The notes under the pieces were generated by a model. It did no database searches, had not been told where the DNA came from, and saw nothing but the letters and a program-made list of their open reading frames with translations. Source: Bdellovibrio sp. (lineage in GTDB: Bacteria > Bdellovibrionota > Bdellovibrionia > Bdellovibrionales > Bdellovibrionaceae). Taken from it: DNA of 64,000 bases. Shown here piece by piece: positions 28,754 through 38,144 of the stretch (positions are counted from its first letter, which is position 1; every line of letters starts with the position of its first letter). Made by a program: the position numbers and the translations under genes. Location of the stretch: positions 64,001 to 128,000 of the forward strand of contig JAKFBS010000011.1 in the NCBI GenBank assembly GCA_036677065.1. Reading direction: 5' to 3'.

Positions 28754-29827
28754 ATGAGCTCAACTGACACCACAAGAAAAGCAAAATTTGATGCTACAAC
28801 GACCATTTCATCTGAATTTGGCATCTTCGGCATCCCCCTTTCTGAAGAAGAATGCCAATTAGTTATGCTGCCGGTTCCGTGGGAGGTCACAACTTCTTAC
28901 GGTAAAGGCGCTTCAAACGGCCCGCGCATCATCCGCCAAGCTTCTGAACAAATCGATCTTTTCGACTTTGAAACTAAGACTGCCTATGAAGCTGGTTATT
29001 TCATGAAAGAAATCTCTGCAGAAATTGATAACAAATCAAAAAACTTCAAAGAGATCGCTCAAAAAGTTATTCACATGAAAACTGAGCAATCTACTGACAC
29101 GACAACGATAGAAAAATTAACGGCGCAGGTTAACCAAGCGTCGCGCGAATTAACTGACTGGGTTTACACTGAGACTAAAAAAATTCTGGATGCCGGCAAA
29201 CTATTCGGTTTAGTTGGCGGTGATCATTCAACTCCATTAGGAGCTATGAAAGCGATTTGCGAAAAGCATAAGGGCGAAGTTGGCGTATTACACATCGATG
29301 CGCACTCTGATACGCGTAAAGCTTACCAAGGTTTTGAGCAGTCTCACGCTTCGATTATGTATAACGTGATGAATTTACCTGAAGCTTCTCGTCCTAAAAA
29401 ATTAGTGCAAGTGGGTATTCGTGATTTCTGTGAAGAAGAATTTGATTTTATTAAATCACGCTCTGACATTAAAACATTTTTTGACCTGCCGACAAAACAA
29501 CGTCTGTTAAAAGGCGAAAGCTGGGCATCGGTTGCTGCAGATATCGTTTCTGAGCTTCCGCAAAAAGTTTACATCTCATTTGATATTGATGGCTTAGATC
29601 CACGCTTCTGCCCGTCGACTGGAACTCCGGTGATTGGTGGTTTATCAACTGACGAAGTGTTTTTCTTATTCACGACTTTAGCAGCGAGTGGCCGCCAAAT
29701 CGTAGGTTTTGACTTAAATGAAGTTTCTACCGGCGAAGCTGAAGAGTCTGAATGGGACGGCAACGTGGGTGCACGTATGCTTTATAAATTGTGTAACTGG
29801 TCAATCGTGACTAATAATAAGAAGTAA
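28754..29827 (+). CDS. speB: Agmatinase (ureohydrolase family)
   Basis: 'GGDHS', 'DAHSD', 'SFDIDGLDP'; SD GAGG; speA nearby. Confidence 0.88.
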   Translation: MSSTDTTRKAKFDATTTISSEFGIFGIPLSEEECQLVMLPVPWEVTTSYGKGASNGPRIIRQASEQIDLFDFETKTAYEAGYFMKEISAEIDNKSKNFKEIAQKVIHMKTEQSTDTTTIEKLTAQVNQASRELTDWVYTETKKILDAGKLFGLVGGDHSTPLGAMKAICEKHKGEVGVLHIDAHSDTRKAYQGFEQSHASIMYNVMNLPEASRPKKLVQVGIRDFCEEEFDFIKSRSDIKTFFDLPTKQRLLKGESWASVAADIVSELPQKVYISFDIDGLDPRFCPSTGTPVIGGLSTDEVFFLFTTLAASGRQIVGFDLNEVSTGEAEESEWDGNVGARMLYKLCNWSIVTNNKK

Positions 29828-29828
29828 T

Positions 29829-30452
29829 ATGTCATTAGCTGCTTATTTTGATTCTCGTGTTCCGGTAATTCTTGATCTTGGCTTTCGCGAAGATGGCATT
29901 GCTTTATTAAAACAATATGTCGAATTACTATGGGCATCGAATGAAGAATTAAATTTATTCAGCCGCAAAATGACTGTTGAAGAATTAGTGGATAATCACG
30001 TGATCGATTGTTTGCTTCCATTAAAACAATTTCCGACAAATTTAAGGTATGCCGCTGATCTTGGTTCTGGTGGCGGTTTACCTGGCGTGATTTATGCGAT
30101 TCAATTTCCGAACACGCGATATATTTTATTTGAAAAAAGTGTTTTAAAACAAAACTTTCTAAATAAATGTAAAACTCTGGCGCCTAATTTAGTGGTGCAA
30201 GGTGAAATTCCGCATGATTTAGAAAAAGTGCAAATCGTGACGGCTCGGGCCTTCAAGCCAATTGATGTGATTTTAGATATCACGCGTTCTTATTACGGCA
30301 AAAAAGGTAAATACTTTTTACTAAAAGGCCGCCAAGAAAAAATCGATGAAGAATTGCAATTAGCGAAAAAGAAATTCAAAGAATTAACTATCGAATCACG
30401 TGCGCTTAAGTCTCCAGTGATGGATGTTGAACGCCATTTAGTTCTAATTTAA
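29829..30452 (+). CDS. rsmG: 16S rRNA m7G527 methyltransferase
   Basis: 'NHVIDCL', 'DLGSGGGLPG', 'TARAF', 'LKG'. Confidence 0.92.
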   Translation: MSLAAYFDSRVPVILDLGFREDGIALLKQYVELLWASNEELNLFSRKMTVEELVDNHVIDCLLPLKQFPTNLRYAADLGSGGGLPGVIYAIQFPNTRYILFEKSVLKQNFLNKCKTLAPNLVVQGEIPHDLEKVQIVTARAFKPIDVILDITRSYYGKKGKYFLLKGRQEKIDEELQLAKKKFKELTIESRALKSPVMDVERHLVLI

Positions 30453-30570
30453 TTATTAAATACAAATCCCCGACTATCTTCCAGTTTTCCTGTGTTAACA
30501 CCACGTAAACATTTATTCGTGTAGAATAATTTTCGTACCCCAATATATAAAACCAAAACAGGAGATTCTC

Positions 30571-31128
30571 ATGAAAAAAGCTTTTTTATTTTTCGCCGTC
30601 GTATTTGCTGCCGCTTTAGTAGTTCGCGCTGACCAATGTGCTTGGAATTCAAAAACAGATGGCACATCTGCAAAACAGTTAATCCAAAAAAACGTTGAGC
30701 TTATCGACTGGTGTGGAGCTTGCGATGAAAAAAAGCCAGGTCTTATCTATGTGGTTTCAGATGTTAAAATTGACAAAGAAACTGGTGAAATCGCCGTTAA
30801 AGCCACTTACAAATCTAGCAAAAAAGCCGTAACTTCTTATACTAATCAAGCAGGCTGGCACATGATTGATCTAGCTTATGCTTATGTAAGAACTTCTTCT
30901 GATACATTTGCTAACTTAGCTCACTTAGTAGGTTGCCCTTCGACTGGTTCATACTCATTCATTCAAACTGTGGGTAATTCGAAACGCCCTCACTACTACG
31001 ATGCTAAAGGTGAGCGCCAAGATTACAAAATTAATAACAACATGGATATCGAAGTCATGCCTACAGAAGACATTGGCTCTTGGACTAAAGAAACTGGTCG
31101 TAAACCAGCTAATAACAAAAAGAAATAA
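30571..31128 (+). CDS. Secreted Cys-containing hypothetical protein
   Basis: SD AGGAG; signal peptide; 'DQC', 'CGAC', 'DLAYAYV', 'NLAHLVGC'. Confidence 0.75.
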   Translation: MKKAFLFFAVVFAAALVVRADQCAWNSKTDGTSAKQLIQKNVELIDWCGACDEKKPGLIYVVSDVKIDKETGEIAVKATYKSSKKAVTSYTNQAGWHMIDLAYAYVRTSSDTFANLAHLVGCPSTGSYSFIQTVGNSKRPHYYDAKGERQDYKINNNMDIEVMPTEDIGSWTKETGRKPANNKKK

Positions 31129-31172
31129 TTGGTTATCCAGTTAGATAAACCTAATTATTGTAGGTTGAAAAT

Positions 31173-31205
31173 AAAAAACCCGCTTTCATCAAGCGGGTTT
31201 TTTTT
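31173..31205. terminator. Bidirectional Rho-independent terminator
   Basis: AAAAAACCCGCTT-TCATC-AAGCGGGTTTTTTTT between convergent genes. Confidence 0.9.
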
Positions 31206-31262
31206 ATTGTGAATTTAATGCGTTGTTACCAGAAACAGGGCGCGGGCTGCGTGCCCTGGCAC

Positions 31263-31730
31263 CTAGCGAGCGTAACGTTTATCAACTGATTCGCGGATCT
31301 CAGCACCTTCGATGCTTAATCGAGTCCAAGGAATCGCGCGAAGTCTTTCAGTCTCGATGATCTCTTCAGTTTCTTCGCAGAAGCCGTAAGAACCGTTTTC
31401 CATTCTTCCTAATGCGCTTTCGATTTCTAATAATTGGCTGCGAAGGCGGTCAGTTTGTGACATCACTTCTTGTTCAGCTAAGATTCTCATAGTTTGGTCA
31501 GCTTCATCGCCACCGCGCTCAACTTGGTCTAACTTACCACGAGCTTCTTTTACGCGATTTAATAAGTCAGCTTTTGTCGTTAAAAGCTTCTCGCGGCATT
31601 CACTGATTAAAGCCTCAGTGATTTTTGGAGCTTGGAATTCAACTCTTGGAGCTGCTGGTTTTAGATCAGTTACTCTAGTCGCTGCTACTTTAGTTTTTGT
31701 AGCCTTTGGTTCAACCGTAGTTTTTGCCAT
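31263..31730 (-). CDS. dksA: DksA/TraR family transcription factor (one-Cys type)
   Basis: 'DEADQT', 'IESALGRM...YGFCEET...ERLRAIPWTRLS'; SD GGAGG. Confidence 0.88.
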   Translation of the reverse strand: MAKTTVEPKATKTKVAATRVTDLKPAAPRVEFQAPKITEALISECREKLLTTKADLLNRVKEARGKLDQVERGGDEADQTMRILAEQEVMSQTDRLRSQLLEIESALGRMENGSYGFCEETEEIIETERLRAIPWTRLSIEGAEIRESVDKRYAR

Positions 31731-31797
31731 TGTACCCTCCTTGCAATTAGCCCAGATTCTTTAAATTCGTTTTTATATAGAATTTAAGAGCCCAGTC

Positions 31798-31824
31798 TTA
31801 TCGGCATCTTCGCCAATAACTTAA
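31798..31824 (-). promoter_or_regulatory. Sigma-28 (FliA)-type promoter upstream of dksA
   Basis: TTAAGTTA-N11-GCCGATAA on the minus strand. Confidence 0.65.
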
Positions 31825-32008
31825 GTTCCAAAATGGAACTGCACACATATAAATAGAATTTTGTAATTTATGCAACGAAAATCTTACAGAAAATGAAATA
31901 CAGTAAGATATTGAATTTATTAACCAATTTTCAATCGGTAAGTCTGGGTGCTTGGCGTTAATTTCGTAAGAATGCGTAAAAATGATCTGAAATAAAAGCT
32001 AGTACAGA

Positions 32009-32344
32009 TTATTTAAGGCAATTTTCAACGGATTTGATAATGATATCGGTCTGTTCAGCCAGCTTTTCGGCAAGGTCTTGACCCTTTTCCCCGCGCTTAC
32101 GTAGCGAACTTGAAGCCGTTAACATGCTGTTTGACACGGTCTTATGGGCGCGCCCTGAAGACTCTTTTAAGGCGTCGGCGTATGAATCTAAGCTATCCGC
32201 CACCATTTCATGGTTTTTAATTAGACTAGTCTGAACCGCTACCTGCGCAGCTTTCATTTCACGTAATTGGGATACGACTTGCGAACAATCGTTTGCAAAC
32301 GCGAACATCGGACTCAACACTAAGAATAAAATCAGAGTTTTCAT
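32009..32344 (-). CDS. Secreted helical hypothetical protein
   Basis: Signal peptide MKTLILFLV; Cys near each end of the mature chain. Confidence 0.65.
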   Translation of the reverse strand: MKTLILFLVLSPMFAFANDCSQVVSQLREMKAAQVAVQTSLIKNHEMVADSLDSYADALKESSGRAHKTVSNSMLTASSSLRKRGEKGQDLAEKLAEQTDIIIKSVENCLK

Positions 32345-32423
32345 GACTTCTAACATAGCAAAATAGTGTCCAAACTCTAAAGCGTTAGAGTGGCTTATAA
32401 TGGCTGTCAGGGCTTAAGAGCGG

Positions 32424-33053
32424 CTATCCTTTAATAAAATTTTCAAACTCGTCTCGAGTTTGACCACTTAAATAAGGCAGAAGCATACGCATGATATGGC
32501 GACGGGCTTTTTCAAAAGCCTTCGTGCTTGGCACATCACCGCGATCAGAGGTTTCGAAAAATTGCATGAAGCTATTCGAGGAAACAAATAATAGTTCACC
32601 AATGTATTCCATCTCGTATTTTGTTTGCATCGGCTGCATGTAACCTGATTTGACCCAGTGCTTGTACATAATGATCATCAGTAAACCTAATTTTTTCATG
32701 TGCTGCTTCCACAATTTTGAAAGCTCGGGATCTCTTTTTCTTAGCGTGTAAATTTCGCGATGAAAAAATCTGTACTTCCAATACAGCTGCAAATTTTTTT
32801 CTATAAACAGTTGTAAATGGATCTGCTGATTTTTCTTTGCCAGCTTGGTTTGCGGCTTCCACACCTCAGCAGTATCTGCAGATAATTTTTTAAAAATTTC
32901 TCTGATAATTTGCTCTTTGTTTTTATAATGAAAATATAAATTTCCCGGGCTCATCTTAAGTTCTTTAGCAATATCATTTGTTGTAACGTCTGTTGCACCG
33001 TCTGTATTAAACAATCCTAAAGCGCCTATTAAAATTCTCTCTTTGGTCTTCAT
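32424..33053 (-). CDS. TetR/AcrR family regulator
   Basis: HTH 'TTNDIAKELKMSPGNLYFHYKNKEQI'. Confidence 0.93.
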   Translation of the reverse strand: MKTKERILIGALGLFNTDGATDVTTNDIAKELKMSPGNLYFHYKNKEQIIREIFKKLSADTAEVWKPQTKLAKKNQQIHLQLFIEKNLQLYWKYRFFHREIYTLRKRDPELSKLWKQHMKKLGLLMIIMYKHWVKSGYMQPMQTKYEMEYIGELLFVSSNSFMQFFETSDRGDVPSTKAFEKARRHIMRMLLPYLSGQTRDEFENFIKG

Positions 33054-33111
33054 ATAATCGCCCCTATTATTACTTTGGAAATATCTTTAACATTATGTTA
33101 AGATTATCACT

Positions 33112-34449
33112 ATGATTCAAGGAAGAATTAAAATCGCCAAATGGATTTTGGTGCCCACAGCAATAGTCGCATTAATCACTCTGTTTCTATTCAGAGATGA
33201 TTCTCTAAATACAGACGGTCCACACGAAAAAAGAACCGCACTAGGAACCACTTCTGAAGCTCGCAAGACTTTAGCAGACGCCTTAGGCCCACAACTTTGG
33301 AATAACCAATTACCAAAACAGCTCACTGTGGGAGACAAAGGTCTAGTCGATGTAAAATACACGATCGATAAAAGCCTGCAGGAGCAATCTGAAAAATTAC
33401 TGCTACGTTATAAACCAGATTACGGCGCTATCGTCATGATTGATGCAACGACTGGTAAAATTTTAGCGATGTCTAGTTATGTTAAAGGCCAACCAAAAGC
33501 AGAGAACTTAACTTTGCGCGCGTCTTTTCCGGCAGCCAGTATTTTTAAAATTATCACGGCTTCTACGGCTGTTGATCGTAGCGGTGTCGAGCCCGAAGAC
33601 AAAATCGGCTTCAACGGTGGTAACTACACACTTTATAAAAAGAATGTTTTATCTGATAAAGTAAATCGTTGGACTCGTTTTATTTCGCTGAAAGATGCTT
33701 TTGCCAGATCTATCAATACAGCGTTCGGTCGTTTAACTTTAGAAACACTTGATCCCCAAGATTTAGCAGAATATTCAAAACGTTTTATGTTTAACAAATT
33801 TATCCCGGCAGATTTTACGCTTGAACAAAGCCAAGCACAAATTCCTGAAGAAAAAGGGTTTGAACTAACGCAAGTGGCTTCGGGGTATAACCGCTTTAAT
33901 ACCATGAGCCCGGTTCACGGGGCGATGATTGCCGGTGCAATCATTAACGATGGCAAAATTGTGGCTCCTTATCTGATCGAAGAGATTTCGCAAGACCAAG
34001 AGATCATCTATAAAGGCGAAGGTTACGATATCGGCCAGGCAATCACTAAAGAATCAGCGGCCAAAGTTCGCGAGATGATGGAACAAACTGTATTAAAAGG
34101 AACTTCTCGTAAAACATTTCGCAAACTTGTTCAGGATAAAAAATACGGTGATGTTGAAATGGGTGGAAAAACCGGACACTTCTCTGGTTTAAATCCAAAA
34201 GGCACAAATGATTGGTTCGTGGGTTATGCTTCTGATGGTGATACTAAAGTTGCGATCGCTGCAATCACTGTAAATATACAAAAGTGGACAGTGAAATCTT
34301 CGGCCTTAGCCGAGATGATGTTTCGCGAACACTTTCGCCCAAGCCCAAGTTTAAAACCTGTGAATGAAAAATCTGTTAAAAACTCAGTTCGACCATCACG
34401 GGGCAATGGTCAGAGCCTCGTTGCTCGTGCAAAATCTGACAAGTTTTAA
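33112..34449 (+). CDS. Penicillin-binding transpeptidase-domain protein
   Basis: N-terminal TM; SxxK (SIFK), SxN (SIN), KTG. Confidence 0.9.
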   Translation: MIQGRIKIAKWILVPTAIVALITLFLFRDDSLNTDGPHEKRTALGTTSEARKTLADALGPQLWNNQLPKQLTVGDKGLVDVKYTIDKSLQEQSEKLLLRYKPDYGAIVMIDATTGKILAMSSYVKGQPKAENLTLRASFPAASIFKIITASTAVDRSGVEPEDKIGFNGGNYTLYKKNVLSDKVNRWTRFISLKDAFARSINTAFGRLTLETLDPQDLAEYSKRFMFNKFIPADFTLEQSQAQIPEEKGFELTQVASGYNRFNTMSPVHGAMIAGAIINDGKIVAPYLIEEISQDQEIIYKGEGYDIGQAITKESAAKVREMMEQTVLKGTSRKTFRKLVQDKKYGDVEMGGKTGHFSGLNPKGTNDWFVGYASDGDTKVAIAAITVNIQKWTVKSSALAEMMFREHFRPSPSLKPVNEKSVKNSVRPSRGNGQSLVARAKSDKF

Positions 34450-35149
34450 GATTTTTAACTAAGTTTTTAGTCACACAAACATAATCGATGCGCCAACCGT
34501 TATTATTCTCGCGCGCACCGTCTTTATAAGACCACCACGTATAGGCGCCTTTATTCTCTGGATAAAGGTGTCTAAAACAATCGACAAATCCTAAATCTAA
34601 AAATTCTGTGAACCACTTACGCTCTTCAGGTAAAAATCCTGATACTGTGCTTAGGGCTTTTGGAGCGTACACGTCGTATTCTAAGTGGGCCACGTTGTAA
34701 TCGCCAACTAACACGATATCGCGGCCACGTTTGATTTCGAATTGTAAATGCATTGCTAGGTCTTTTAGAAAGCTTTGTTTGAAACCGTGGCGCTCATCAC
34801 CTGAGCCACCATTTGGAAAATAAATATTATATAAATCAAAATGCTGGTGCTGCGTCCACACAATGCGGCCTTCGTTATCATAAGCTGGCTTATCTATCCC
34901 CTTGATCACGTTGATCGGGGTTTGGTTCATGAATGTGGCTACACCTGAATAACCTTTACGCTCTGCTGATGACCAGTATGAATTTTTATAACCTAAGGTT
35001 CTGATTTCTGGTTCGACTTGATCGATATGGGCTTTGGTTTCCTGTAAGCACAAAATATCAGGCTTTTGCATTTCAATAAAATTCGACAGTGTTTTTTCAT
35101 AACACGCACGCACGCCATTAACATTCCAGGTCACAATTCTTTGATCCAT
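34376..35149 (-). CDS. xth: Exodeoxyribonuclease III
   Basis: 'TWNVNG', 'LQETK', 'GDYN', 'WRIDY', 'SDHCP'. Confidence 0.95.
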   Translation of the reverse strand: MDQRIVTWNVNGVRACYEKTLSNFIEMQKPDILCLQETKAHIDQVEPEIRTLGYKNSYWSSAERKGYSGVATFMNQTPINVIKGIDKPAYDNEGRIVWTQHQHFDLYNIYFPNGGSGDERHGFKQSFLKDLAMHLQFEIKRGRDIVLVGDYNVAHLEYDVYAPKALSTVSGFLPEERKWFTEFLDLGFVDCFRHLYPENKGAYTWWSYKDGARENNNGWRIDYVCVTKNLVKNLKTCQILHEQRGSDHCPVMVELSF

Positions 35150-35176
35150 ACAGGGAAGTAAGATACAGTACTTTGC

Positions 35177-36292
35177 ATGTCAGTCAAAGATAACTTTATT
35201 CAGCATCTACGCACGCAGTTTCCGGCCATCCCCGAAGAAACTATGACCAGCACTATCTCTGACCAATTAATCTGCCCACATCGCATTACGCTGCCTACGT
35301 CAGTTCTTACGAATTTAAAATCTGAAATCTCGCAATTATACGCCTTACGTTCTTGGTCAGAAAAAAACTTGGGCTCTACCTTTGATGCTATGGGTTTACC
35401 AAGAGCTAAGAATTTTAGCGTTTGCACAAGCTTTGATTTTCATCTTGTTGATGGCCATCAGCCAAAGTTGATCGAGATTAACACTAACGCTGCTTTTTTG
35501 GCGTTGGGGCTTACGCTTTATGATTTTTGGAAAGTTCAACCGCACACGGGGTTTACGGCTGCGAAGTTAATTGAAATGTTTCGCGAAGAAGCTCGTGTTT
35601 TGGGTTTACAAGATTTGTCGATGGCGATCATGGACGAAAAACCCGAAGTTCAGCGATTGTTCATCGAGTTCTTGGTTTATCAACAGTATTTTGCACAGGC
35701 TGGTATTGCGTGTTCGATTGTTGATTCCGCGAATGCTGGTGATTTGAAACCTGGAACATTGGTTTACAATCGTTACACTGATTTTTACTTGAAAGAACCC
35801 CAATCGGCGCAGATTAAAGCTATGTACAATGAAGGTAAGATTCATTTATCGCCTTCACCGTGGGAATATTTTTTACTTGGCGACAAACAAAGACTTTCTG
35901 ACTGGCAAAAACAAACTGAACTTCCGATTCCTGCTAGTTTGTTGAAGATTTATGATTTAGCCGAAGCTGATAAAGAACAAATTTGGAATGAAAGAAAAAA
36001 ACTTTTCTTTAAACCGAAAGCTTCGTTTGGCAGTAAGCAAGCTTACAATGGCGCATCTGTTAGTAAAAGAATTTTTGAAGAAGCTTTTCTTCAGGGTTTC
36101 GTTGCGCAAGAATATGCTCCGCCTGCAGAAGTTGATGTTTTACAAGATGGTGCGAATCTTCGTATGAAGTATGATCTTCGTTGTTATACGTATAAGGATG
36201 AATTGCAGTTAGTGATTGCTCGTCTTTATCAAGGCCAGACTACGAATTTGAAAACCACTGGTGGTGGTTTTGCGATTGTTGATTTTATTTAA
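35177..36292 (+). CDS. ATP-grasp ligase-like protein (circularly permuted/glutathione synthetase-like)
   Basis: 'FDFHL...KLIEINTN', 'FFKP...GSK', 'VAQEY', 'DLRCY...ARLYQGQTTN...GGF'. Confidence 0.65.
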   Translation: MSVKDNFIQHLRTQFPAIPEETMTSTISDQLICPHRITLPTSVLTNLKSEISQLYALRSWSEKNLGSTFDAMGLPRAKNFSVCTSFDFHLVDGHQPKLIEINTNAAFLALGLTLYDFWKVQPHTGFTAAKLIEMFREEARVLGLQDLSMAIMDEKPEVQRLFIEFLVYQQYFAQAGIACSIVDSANAGDLKPGTLVYNRYTDFYLKEPQSAQIKAMYNEGKIHLSPSPWEYFLLGDKQRLSDWQKQTELPIPASLLKIYDLAEADKEQIWNERKKLFFKPKASFGSKQAYNGASVSKRIFEEAFLQGFVAQEYAPPAEVDVLQDGANLRMKYDLRCYTYKDELQLVIARLYQGQTTNLKTTGGGFAIVDFI

Positions 36293-36293
36293 A

Positions 36294-36788
36294 CTAAACC
36301 ATTGTAGTAAATCGGCCTTTCCACTTTTTGTAAATAAAAATAAAATATTTCCATTGAAAATAATTTAGAATTATCGCGAGTGGCATAAAGGTCAGATTTT
36401 CGTAAATTTGATTATTAATTTCCAAAAAAGAATATACATACCCTAGCAAAACACCAACTGGGAAAGTCAAAAACATAGTTACCAAAAATGTACTAATGCC
36501 TCCTTCGCCACTAAATCCCCAATTGAAAACTATCAAAAATGAAACAATTCCAGCTGCGACAAAATAACACTTAGCACTTTTCGACATAGTACGAAACCAA
36601 ACAAAGAATAAACATAAAAGATTTGTTAAAATAAAAATAAATATTTTTTCAGCTAAAGACGCTGTTTTAAAACTAGATGTCACAAGGAAAGATACGACAA
36701 AAAATGAGCTTAGTAATTGTGCCTTTGTCATTTTTTTCTTGATGAACGAGTTAGAATTTTTTGGTTGTTCCATAACTAAGGATAACAA
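36294..36788 (-). CDS. Hypothetical multi-pass membrane protein (very AT-rich)
   Basis: About 5 hydrophobic segments; start uncertain. Confidence 0.5.
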   Translation of the reverse strand: MLSLVMEQPKNSNSFIKKKMTKAQLLSSFFVVSFLVTSSFKTASLAEKIFIFILTNLLCLFFVWFRTMSKSAKCYFVAAGIVSFLIVFNWGFSGEGGISTFLVTMFLTFPVGVLLGYVYSFLEINNQIYENLTFMPLAIILNYFQWKYFIFIYKKWKGRFTTMV

Positions 36789-36837
36789 ACCAAACTTAAA
36801 ATTTAAATACTTTTCTATTTATAAGAATTAGGTCTAG

Positions 36838-37893
36838 TTACTGCGCTAACAAAAGATAATCGTTAATAACCTGATACGACTCTTTCAATGACTGTAGCAA
36901 TACTGACTCAATCGCAGGGATTGTACCCAACTCTTGTAAATACAACGCTTGCTCTGTCACAACATACTTCTGCCATACGAAGCGGGTTGGAAAATGCGCT
37001 AAATTCGGATAATTAAAATGTTTGATCGAGTATCTATTAAAACTATCAATCTTTCTTCCACCAGGACCAGCAAGTTCAGCTTTTGCTAAACCGTTAAATA
37101 ATCCTAAGGCACTTGCTGTTTGTGCATCTAAGCCAGCGTACAACTGTGGTTGCAAGATATTATGTTGTTCGACATAGATTAGTTTTTTATTCGCGTCTAA
37201 ATAACGACCATTCTCCATATCATTCCACACAGCCAAAAATCTTTCGTAGTGGCCAGCTAATGATGGCGTATCTTTCTGAAGTCTTTTATTCAAAGACATG
37301 ATTTCATCATATCCACAAACTGTGTACGCTAAATGCTGCCAGTAGATATCTGAATAAACTTTCCAGTTGCCTTGTGCTGTTTGTGTTTTAATTTTGTCGA
37401 TGTTGGCTAATAGTAATGCCGGAATTAACGGAACATCTTTGTGTAATGATTCAAGCCTTCTGAAAATCTGGCGTTGGCGTGAGCCTAACGGATATTGATC
37501 GGCTAACCCTGCTTGAAGCGCGTGGCCCACTGTAACTGAAGCTTGCGAACCTGCACCGATCCAGATGTATTTCACTGTTGGTGTTTTTGTGTTTTGTAAT
37601 TTTAATGAGTGCGTGAACAAACGGTTGTAGGCTGCGCTGATTAAAAGATTTCTTATGACCATCACTTCGTCTGCGTTTAAGTCTGGAATTTTATTTTGTA
37701 GTGGTTTCACCGAAATCATTTGCTGAGCGATCGCCATCCATGTGTATGGGTTGTGGCTTGCGCAGTGTTGTTTCATGTTATCTGTTTCTAATGGCCAGTA
37801 CTGGCTTAAGGTTGAATCGTAAGTTGGGTAATTAGCAAAACTTGCGCTTGAAAATGAAAAGATAAATAACAGTAAAAAGATTGGGGTTTTCAT
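36838..37893 (-). CDS. Secreted protein, DUF2515-like
   Basis: Signal peptide; 'RN..ISAAY..LF', 'WIGAGSQASVTVG', 'GN..VYSDIYWQHLAY'; family assignment from recall. Confidence 0.55.
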   Translation of the reverse strand: MKTPIFLLLFIFSFSSASFANYPTYDSTLSQYWPLETDNMKQHCASHNPYTWMAIAQQMISVKPLQNKIPDLNADEVMVIRNLLISAAYNRLFTHSLKLQNTKTPTVKYIWIGAGSQASVTVGHALQAGLADQYPLGSRQRQIFRRLESLHKDVPLIPALLLANIDKIKTQTAQGNWKVYSDIYWQHLAYTVCGYDEIMSLNKRLQKDTPSLAGHYERFLAVWNDMENGRYLDANKKLIYVEQHNILQPQLYAGLDAQTASALGLFNGLAKAELAGPGGRKIDSFNRYSIKHFNYPNLAHFPTRFVWQKYVVTEQALYLQELGTIPAIESVLLQSLKESYQVINDYLLLAQ

Positions 37894-38144
37894 AGAGTCA
37901 CTTTCTCATAAATGAGAGCCAATATCTAAATTTTCAGACCTGGTTGCAAGACTTACTTAAGCGTCTAAACCTTAAACATTGTTTACTCTGGTAAATGCAC
38001 TGTCTAAGCGGTTAACATGGCTTTCAAAAAGAGTCTTTCTCTGCAGATTTTCTTACTTGTTCGCTCCCCAGATTCACTCTAGCGGCCTTATATCCCAATA
38101 CCTCTGGCCTTTGCCTTGCTCCGCTAAAACCTATCGAGGTATGC

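Noticed and set aside
31731..32008. Possible ncRNA or tRNA in the dksA upstream gap
   Set aside because: No cloverleaf or terminator; only promoter-like motifs and short inverted repeats (e.g. AGTTCCA-AAA-TGGAACT)
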